A stretch of DNA of 64,000 bases from Candidatus Uhrbacteria bacterium RIFCSPLOWO2_01_FULL_47_17 (lineage in GTDB: Bacteria; Patescibacteriota; Patescibacteriia; UBA9934; GWF2-40-263). Position numbers and translations under genes: made by a program. This document shows positions 57,945 through 64,000 of the stretch, piece by piece. The notes under the pieces were generated by a model that saw nothing but the letters and a program-made list of their open reading frames with translations, had not been told where the DNA came from and ran no database searches. Position 1 is the stretch's first letter. Each line of letters begins with the position of its first letter. The stretch covers positions 13,926-77,925 of the forward strand of contig MGEI01000003.1 of NCBI GenBank assembly GCA_001791305.1. The letters run 5' to 3'.

Positions 57945-58688
57945 ATGGTCGAAAACATCATTGCGTTTCTAACCCTCGTCCTACTTGAGGTGGTGCTCGG
58001 TTTCGACAACATCGTCATGGTCGCAATCAACGTGTCACGTTTGCCGGCCGCGCTTCAGAAGCGCGCTCGGACGATCGGCATGGCGGGTGCGCTCCTCATG
58101 CGCGTTGGGCTTCTGTGCACCATCAGTTGGGTGATGGGACTTGTACAACCAGTGTTCACGTTGTCGGATCACGCATTTTCCTGGCGTGACCTCATCTTGA
58201 TCATGGGTGGTTTGTTCCTCGTGTACAAAGCCTCGACAGAAGTCTTTCGTGAAGTCGAAGGAATGCACGAACATCATGTGCACGGCGAGGGTGCACCAGC
58301 GGTCAGCTTCAACCGTGTTCTCGTTGAGATCATGCTTCTCGATGCGATCTTTTCACTCGACTCGGTCATCACCGCGGTCGGCATGGCAAAGGAAATCAGC
58401 ATCATGATCGCGGCGGTTGTCGTGTCCATGATTGTCATGATCATATTCGCAAAGGTGATCGGTGATTTCATCCAGAAGCACACGAGTGTGAAAGTGCTCG
58501 CGCTTTCATTCCTCGTGCTCATCGGCGCCATGCTCATTGCAGAAGGTTGCGGCAAGCATGTGGAAAAGGGATACATCTATGGCCCCATGGCGTTTGCCTC
58601 ATTCGTCATCGGCCTCGAACTTCGCCGTCGCAGCAAAGCCGCAAAGCGCGGCGTCGTGACGCGAAATGAACGCACGCAACTTGCGTAA
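57945..58688 (+). CDS. TerC/Alx family integral membrane protein
   Basis: LEVVLGFDNIVMVAI and second DSVITAVGM repeat typical of TerC. Confidence 0.8.
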   Translation: MVENIIAFLTLVLLEVVLGFDNIVMVAINVSRLPAALQKRARTIGMAGALLMRVGLLCTISWVMGLVQPVFTLSDHAFSWRDLILIMGGLFLVYKASTEVFREVEGMHEHHVHGEGAPAVSFNRVLVEIMLLDAIFSLDSVITAVGMAKEISIMIAAVVVSMIVMIIFAKVIGDFIQKHTSVKVLALSFLVLIGAMLIAEGCGKHVEKGYIYGPMAFASFVIGLELRRRSKAAKRGVVTRNERTQLA

Positions 58689-58830
58689 CAACCGGCGCGA
58701 CGCGCCATGGAGAAAAAAAAGCTTTACCGGTCTGTAGAAACACAGCCGGTTTTTTTGTTTTGGACTTTCTGTTATGATTTCGTTGCAAAGCAGGGCGGGT
58801 CGTGACCCGCCCCTACACATACATATATTT

Positions 58831-59142
58831 ATGCAAAAACAAATCCAATGGGTCGACTTGATTGCTTGGGATCCTGTTCAAAAAAAGGGGACGATGTGTG
58901 CCCGTGTTTTGTTTCGTGATGAAAAGATTCAATTTCAAGGTGAACTCGCGCTTGTGAGTGAATTGAAAGATGGACTTACCACATATCCGGACGCGCAGTT
59001 GGTGTATCCGGAAGATGGAATGAAATTTTTGGAAGCGGTCGCCGCGTCGTTTCGCTCTCCCTCACTGCTTGCAACAGACATTCAGAGCGCAGATGAACCG
59101 TCGCCTTTTGGTGATCGTGCAATGACATTTAAACAGGAATAA
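58831..59142 (+). CDS. Small hypothetical protein, first gene of a two-gene operon with the atypical kinase
   Basis: 104 aa from the ATG at 58831; stop overlaps the kinase start (ATGA-type junction at 59142/59144). Confidence 0.3.
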   Translation: MQKQIQWVDLIAWDPVQKKGTMCARVLFRDEKIQFQGELALVSELKDGLTTYPDAQLVYPEDGMKFLEAVAASFRSPSLLATDIQSADEPSPFGDRAMTFKQE

Positions 59143-59143
59143 T

Positions 59144-60817
59144 ATGCAACGATCTGAATTCTCTGAAGGTCAACCACCGGAAATACCAAAACCAAAAGAG
59201 TCGAAAGAGCCTTCGATGGCTTCGTTTGTGCATGAGGCACTTGCGCATGAATGGAAGCAATTGAAATTTAATGCATTGATGTATGAAGATGTGGTTCAGA
59301 TGTTTGAAAACATTCGCGGTGTTTGTGAGGACAAATTCGTAAAGCTAGTTTTAGATAAAGAAGAACGCGCGGCAAAGCTGCGCGAGATTGCGGAGATTCT
59401 TTTAACAGACTTTACACGCATGTTGCCCGCTCGCGTGAATGCGGATTTATTTGATGTTGTCGCGGATATTTTTCCGGAAGTCAAAGAGGATGTGGCAGTT
59501 TTTGCGCTTTCAAATCTTCCAGAAACATCAGAATTTGCCAAGTGTCGATTTCGATTTATCCAAGGATTGTACCGTGGTGATCGAATAAAGTTTGTAAAGA
59601 TTTTTTCAGAACTTTCTTCATTGGAACGTCTCGAGGCAGTGCGTTTAGCATCCTCTATGGATCGCGAGCCTGTTTTTGTTTGGTATGAAAAAATGGGTAT
59701 GGAGCCGGATGATGCGACCGTTGCACAAATCATCGAAGATGATCCAAAAACCATTGTTGGATATGCAACCGTGCATAAACTCACGTCGAATCAAGTGAGA
59801 TCCATGCTTGAACAATTTGATTCCTTCACACAAGATTCCGCACGTCGTGCGCTGCAGATTCCATTGCGCTTTAGAGCGCATGAAAAAGAATTTGCCGAAG
59901 ACGAAGAGGACGAACCTCCACGACGCATGAAGGATGAGAACGAAGTGAGTCGTGAGTTTGCCATTGATGTTGAGCGCATGAAAGACCTCTCGAACAAGCT
60001 TGCAGACGCGATGATCCGTGCGTATCCAGAACGCGCGGAATATTTACGCGCAAAAAAAGAAAAAGAGGCAGTGTTGTTTGGCTCCATCGAACGCTATGGA
60101 GAACTTTCGAGTGGAATGAACAGTCCGTTGTTTGTGTATTTGAAAGACAAAGATCACACGCCTGCGGTTTATAAACCACAAAAGCGTGAAGCAAAAGGAT
60201 TGCGCGAAAACATTCCGGCGGGTTCATACGCGGCCCGCGAATGGCTCGCATATCAAATCGATCAAGCCTTACAAATTGGAACAACCCCTGTCACAATTTT
60301 GCGTGAAGGCGTGCTTGGAGTTGGTTCTGTGCAAGAATGGAAAGTAGGAAGAAATGCGTTTCGTGGGGATTATAAAAACAAACCAAACCCTGAACAGTTG
60401 GAGGATTTGGTGTTTGATGACGTGGTGAAACAAAACACGGATCGTCACGGACAAAATGTGATTATTGGGTTTGATGGTTCTGTGAACGGAATTGATCATG
60501 GATTAATTTACACAGAAGACGAACAATATTGGATCATCTGTTCACCTGGATATGAGTTTCGCGGCAAAGAGCCATCTGAGCGTGTGCAAAATCGCATTAA
60601 GCAATTTCGTGCGGCAGAGGAGGTGGGTACCATTTTACGCGAGTGTTTTGATGCCGCCCTCGGACGCGCGGCAAAACGCGCTTGGGGAAAATTTGAATAC
60701 GGAACCGAATTTTTATCGCCAACCTATCCAGAGCACAGCCCAAGGTTTCCGCTTACCATTCAACGCGCATCGTTATCCCAAAGGGAGCATGAGTTAAGAA
60801 GCGCGGGTAAAAAATGA
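59144..60817 (+). CDS. Atypical kinase with PI3K/PI4K/HipA-like catalytic core and helical N-terminal domain
   Basis: C-terminal ...AVYKPQ (Lys) ... NTDRHGQNVII (D-R-H-x-x-N catalytic loop) ... IDHG (DFG-equivalent); N-terminal 330 aa helical repeat. Confidence 0.5.
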   Translation: MQRSEFSEGQPPEIPKPKESKEPSMASFVHEALAHEWKQLKFNALMYEDVVQMFENIRGVCEDKFVKLVLDKEERAAKLREIAEILLTDFTRMLPARVNADLFDVVADIFPEVKEDVAVFALSNLPETSEFAKCRFRFIQGLYRGDRIKFVKIFSELSSLERLEAVRLASSMDREPVFVWYEKMGMEPDDATVAQIIEDDPKTIVGYATVHKLTSNQVRSMLEQFDSFTQDSARRALQIPLRFRAHEKEFAEDEEDEPPRRMKDENEVSREFAIDVERMKDLSNKLADAMIRAYPERAEYLRAKKEKEAVLFGSIERYGELSSGMNSPLFVYLKDKDHTPAVYKPQKREAKGLRENIPAGSYAAREWLAYQIDQALQIGTTPVTILREGVLGVGSVQEWKVGRNAFRGDYKNKPNPEQLEDLVFDDVVKQNTDRHGQNVIIGFDGSVNGIDHGLIYTEDEQYWIICSPGYEFRGKEPSERVQNRIKQFRAAEEVGTILRECFDAALGRAAKRAWGKFEYGTEFLSPTYPEHSPRFPLTIQRASLSQREHELRSAGKK

Positions 60818-60919
60818 TGGGGATACAAAAAGAGTTCAGTATTTACTGAACTCTTGATTCTTTTCTGATTTATTGTTACTCTTTTGCCGAAACACGTCAC
60901 ACCTACAAGTACATCGCGT

Positions 60920-61044
60920 GCATAAACTTCTAAAATTGGATGAGATTTTGTTCGGATGCGAGCACCGGAGTAAGCTGTGGAGATACTACTGCGTCGAGGA
61001 GCACAGCAGCCGAACAAAATATCGCCGATTTTAGAAGTTTATGC
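60920..61044. repeat. 125-bp element bounded by 20-bp inverted repeats (GCATAAACTTCTAAAATTGG / CCGATTTTAGAAGTTTATGC) abutting the 5' end of tRNA-Glu
   Basis: 19/20 IR match; nested second IR TTTTGTTCGG / CCGAACAAAA; right arm ends exactly where the tRNA begins. Confidence 0.4.
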
Positions 61045-61119
61045 GGCCTCATCGTCTAACGGTTAGGACAGCAGGTTCTCATCCTGTAAATCGGAGTTCG
61101 ATTCTCCGTGGGGTCACCA
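61045..61119 (+). tRNA. tRNA-Glu (anticodon CUC), CCA encoded
   Basis: Manual fold: acceptor GGCCTCA/TGGGGTC (2 G-U pairs), D arm GTCT-AACGGTTA-GGAC, anticodon stem GCAGG/CCTGT with loop TTCTCAT, T arm CGGAG-TTCGATT-CTCCG, 75 nt. Confidence 0.7.
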
Positions 61120-62623
61120 CAAGGGACTCGCCATCATGGCGGGTCTTTTGTTTTTGTAAAATGAGCGAAATTCTTGTAGTTCCAAAACCTTTTCCCTTAA
61201 AATACGGAATTCCTTCAGGAAAAATCAATTTTTGGAACTTAATTCTTCGTTCTCCTTGTAAGTCATTCCATTGTTGATCAAGATGCTCAACAAATTTGGT
61301 TGCATAAGTAATTGCGAATTCAACATCTAGTTGGTCAGTCTTGTAATCATTCATGGATACGCGGATTGTTGCCATTTCGTTTTCAATCTCAGATTTTCGT
61401 TCTTGATATACCTCTTTCGTATAAGATCCATCCTCAAACATCTCACAAATTCTTTTGCGCTTGGTTTCCAACACACCAAGTTGTTTTACGTATTTTGTTG
61501 CATCTGATTCAAAACTACCGCGTTCTTCTGCCCATCTATCAATTACGCTTTCTCGTAAAAGATCTAAGTGCTGTTTAGTCGGTTCTAATTCTTGCAGAAC
61601 TTTCATAAAGTCTCTTTCCACCGTTTCTTTTGAGAGTGATTTGTTTTGCATGGCACAATCTGGAGTGTAGCAATGATAATATCCGTACTGACCGCCAACT
61701 CCTCTCGATCGACTACCAGTGACAGTGTTGTTACATGCTCCGCATCGAAGAATCTTCTTTAATGGAAAAAGAGGATTAAAGCTTGATCGCGGTTGTTTCT
61801 TAATGCGTTTGCCTTTTCGGATTGCGATGATCTGATACATTTCATCTTCTGTGATCATCGCTGTGTGAAGACCTTTTATCTCTTCATCTTTCACCCATGG
61901 ATTCTGAATAATCCCGGCATAGTATTTCAAATACTGACCAAGCATCTTGTCGACCATTTGCTTTGTCGTTTTTCTATTACGTATTTTCTCTAAGCCTTCC
62001 TGTTTCAAGTAAGCACAAATTTCAGATAACTCGATCTCACCACGAGAGAATCTTTTTAATGCTCTCTGGAGAATAGGAAAAACAACCGGATCAATCCCAT
62101 CAGCTGTATTTTTCTTCTCTCCGTGCATCTTGGAACGATTACTCAAATAACCGAGCGGAGGCTTCCACGGCGTAATTCCTTGCCTTACACGCGCGATCAT
62201 TCCGTCAACGCTTCTTTGAGAGCGAACTGCGTTATCAAACTCTGCTGTTCCGGCCAGAATTGTTTCAAGAAACTTTTGCGAAGGATTGTTTCCAATAAGT
62301 TCCGTGACTGAATGAAGGGTCGTACCGTAATCTTGTAAGAGCTTGCGAATGCTGAAATGATCTTCCGTATTTCTTGCAAAGCGATCAACTTTTACAACAA
62401 CAAATGCATCTATCTTTCCTTTATTCTGATGACAGAATGCAAGTGCACGAAGAAACTCAGTTCGCTCAGACGATTTTGCAGACTCTCCCTCTTCTCGGAA
62501 GACCTTAAGAACTTCTAAACCTTTTTCCAGACAATACTGTCGACATTTTCTTTCTTGATCTTCAAGAGATGTACCATTAACCTGTTCATTTGAACTAACG
62601 CGTGTGTAAATAATTGCTTTCAT
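61079..62623 (-). CDS. Large serine recombinase (integrase) of an integrative element
   Basis: MKAIIYTRVSSNEQ resolvase-type catalytic Ser; recombinase domain; C-terminal Cys zinc ribbon/coiled coil; 3' end overlaps tRNA-Glu by about 40 nt. Confidence 0.85.
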   Translation of the reverse strand: MKAIIYTRVSSNEQVNGTSLEDQERKCRQYCLEKGLEVLKVFREEGESAKSSERTEFLRALAFCHQNKGKIDAFVVVKVDRFARNTEDHFSIRKLLQDYGTTLHSVTELIGNNPSQKFLETILAGTAEFDNAVRSQRSVDGMIARVRQGITPWKPPLGYLSNRSKMHGEKKNTADGIDPVVFPILQRALKRFSRGEIELSEICAYLKQEGLEKIRNRKTTKQMVDKMLGQYLKYYAGIIQNPWVKDEEIKGLHTAMITEDEMYQIIAIRKGKRIKKQPRSSFNPLFPLKKILRCGACNNTVTGSRSRGVGGQYGYYHCYTPDCAMQNKSLSKETVERDFMKVLQELEPTKQHLDLLRESVIDRWAEERGSFESDATKYVKQLGVLETKRKRICEMFEDGSYTKEVYQERKSEIENEMATIRVSMNDYKTDQLDVEFAITYATKFVEHLDQQWNDLQGERRIKFQKLIFPEGIPYFKGKGFGTTRISLILQKQKTRHDGESLVVTPRRIELRFTG

Positions 62624-62633
62624 ACGTTGATTC

Positions 62634-63773
62634 TTACATTTTGGTTTCGAAGAGGTTGATGTATTTTGAGAATACGAACATTCGATTTCTTTTGAATCCG
62701 GTTGTTTCCTTCAAAATCCCTAATTTTTCAAATTCAGTGAGTAAAGTAATTGCAGACGGTGTTGAAATATTCAACCACTGAACAACTTGCTTACTGTTTA
62801 CGATTGGTTGTGAATAAAGTTTATTTAAGAACTCACGCGCAACAGGTGCACGTTTTCCCATTTTCAGAATGCGTTTTTCAAGATCCTCACGCAGGTCGAT
62901 GATTTTTTGGAATGTTTCGACTCCACTTTTAGCCGTTTCTGCAACACCAACAAGAAAGAATCTGATCCAGTGTTCAATGTCATTTGATGTTCTTACATGT
63001 GTCAGTGCATCGTAGTATTTGCCTTTATTACGCTCAAAAAAATCCGATAAATACAACGTGGGCTTTTGAAGCAGGTTGTTATTCACTAAATAGAGCGTAA
63101 TCAAAAGACGACCGATACGTCCGTTTCCATCTAAGAAAGGGTGAATGGTTTCAAATTGATAATGACTGATCGCGACACGGATCAAATGTGGAACCTCAAT
63201 CTTTTTGTTGTGCCAAAACTTTTCCAGATCACTCATGAGTGCAGAAACTTCGGTTGGATGTGGTGGAATAAAGATAGCGTCTTTAAGTGTTGCACCCCCG
63301 ATCCAGTTTTGACTCGTTCGAATATCACCCGGCATTTTGTGCTTTCCCCTTACGCCTGAAAGAAGAATCTTGTGAGTGTCTTTTAAGAGCCTTGTTGAAA
63401 GAGGTGTCTTCGAGAGCTCCTTAATCGCTCCGTTCATCGCCTTGGTGTAATTTTGAACCTCTGACCAGTCATCACGACGTTCAGGATCAATCTCTTCTTC
63501 TGGCAACAACGCCTCATCCATGCCCGTTTTTGTTCCTTCAATGCGACTCGATGTTGTTGCTTCTTTAAGGACGTGCATTCTGATATAGAAATCAACGTCC
63601 GGAACGAAACGAGAAAATGCATTCAGTTCGGCAAGATGGCGTGTTGCTTCTTCGAGAAGAACGTCGATTCTTGGGTCGGTCCAGGAAAACGGATGATTAA
63701 CCGGAGTAGGACTAAAACTTTTGTACTTATCCTGTTGCTTATAGATTCCTGCTTTGAAGACATTGCTTTGCAT
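62634..63773 (-). CDS. Fic-family AMPylator (class II, N-terminal inhibitory motif) with C-terminal winged-helix region
   Basis: Canonical [12 protein letters not shown] Fic motif; upstream TSSRIEGT = (S/T)xxxE(G/N) inhibitory motif. Confidence 0.85.
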   Translation of the reverse strand: MQSNVFKAGIYKQQDKYKSFSPTPVNHPFSWTDPRIDVLLEEATRHLAELNAFSRFVPDVDFYIRMHVLKEATTSSRIEGTKTGMDEALLPEEEIDPERRDDWSEVQNYTKAMNGAIKELSKTPLSTRLLKDTHKILLSGVRGKHKMPGDIRTSQNWIGGATLKDAIFIPPHPTEVSALMSDLEKFWHNKKIEVPHLIRVAISHYQFETIHPFLDGNGRIGRLLITLYLVNNNLLQKPTLYLSDFFERNKGKYYDALTHVRTSNDIEHWIRFFLVGVAETAKSGVETFQKIIDLREDLEKRILKMGKRAPVAREFLNKLYSQPIVNSKQVVQWLNISTPSAITLLTEFEKLGILKETTGFKRNRMFVFSKYINLFETKM

Positions 63774-63864
63774 AAGAATTGAACTTTTAGTATGGATTCT
63801 CTTACTTAAAGTTTATCTACTAACTTTTATTATGTCAAATCATACTAAAAGTTACTTATCCGCT

Positions 63865-64000
63865 TATTTTCCTTCAATCATGCCTTTGTATCGCTGCTTT
63901 CGATAGTTCAAATCCAAACACACACGACAACCAATAATTTCGGAAATATAGTGCTTGAACAACACTCCAACTCGTCGTTTACATTGAGGACATTTGAACC
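63865..64000 (-). CDS. Partial gene, C-terminus of a zinc-ribbon (CPxC...CxxC) protein; continues beyond the window
   Basis: Frame translation ...FKCPQCKRRVGVLFKHYISEIIGCRVCLDLNYRKQRYKGMIEGK*; identity uncertain. Confidence 0.25.

Larger units (their letters stand above)
61045..64000. mobile_element. Integrative element inserted at tRNA-Glu (serine integrase plus Fic plus zinc-ribbon gene); far boundary outside window
   Basis: Integrase adjacent to and overlapping the tRNA 3' end; cargo genes all on the minus strand; typical tRNA-targeting island architecture. Confidence 0.5.

Overview
This 64-kb window appears to come from a small-genome bacterium; the coding pattern and gene content resemble a CPR/Patescibacteria-type or similarly reduced lineage, but that is inference only. 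Bulk GC is about 47-50%, with several GC-elevated islands. Standard stop codons are used and coding is dense on both strands.

Core genes recognised:
- C-terminus of class II (B12-dependent) ribonucleotide reductase nrdJ.
- Nucleotide-excision-repair genes uvrB, uvrA and uvrC. uvrC is a short form without the C-terminal HhH pair.
- Cell-division block mraZ-rsmH-ftsL, separated by about 32 kb from ftsI(PBP)-murF.
- cysS, dnaX, purA, upp, and an archaeal-type NMN adenylyltransferase (NadM type).
- tRNA-Gln(CUG) and tRNA-Glu(CUC).

Accessory content:
- HigBA and VapBC-like toxin-antitoxin pairs.
- A 2,895-aa secreted giant Ig/FN3/CarboxypepD_reg-repeat surface protein.
- A CHASE2-adenylate cyclase, a lipoprotein cupredoxin, a FecR/IPT exported protein, a serpin-like gene, a GNAT, an MFS transporter, an EEP nuclease and a TerC protein.
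- A VirD4/TraG-like (AAA_10) membrane ATPase.
- Two unusual metabolic fusions: a PncC-like NMN deamidase fused to a NadD-like adenylyltransferase, and a Nudix hydrolase fused to a CobA/BtuR corrinoid adenosyltransferase.
- A PI3K/PI4K/HipA-like atypical kinase in a two-gene operon.
- A 1,154-aa orphan protein.
- A 2H-phosphoesterase fusion next to a very GC-rich, foreign-looking gene.
- An integrative element at tRNA-Glu (large serine recombinase plus class-II Fic AMPylator plus zinc-ribbon gene) that runs off the window edge.

The most distinctive sequence-level feature is a set of at least four small palindromic, MITE/RPE-like repeat families. Two of them are inserted in-frame inside uvrA (two different elements) and cysS, which is reminiscent of Rickettsia palindromic elements. 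Other copies sit in promoter-proximal intergenic spacers. No CRISPR array or rRNA gene was seen. Coordinates derived from manual reading may be off by 1-2 nt.
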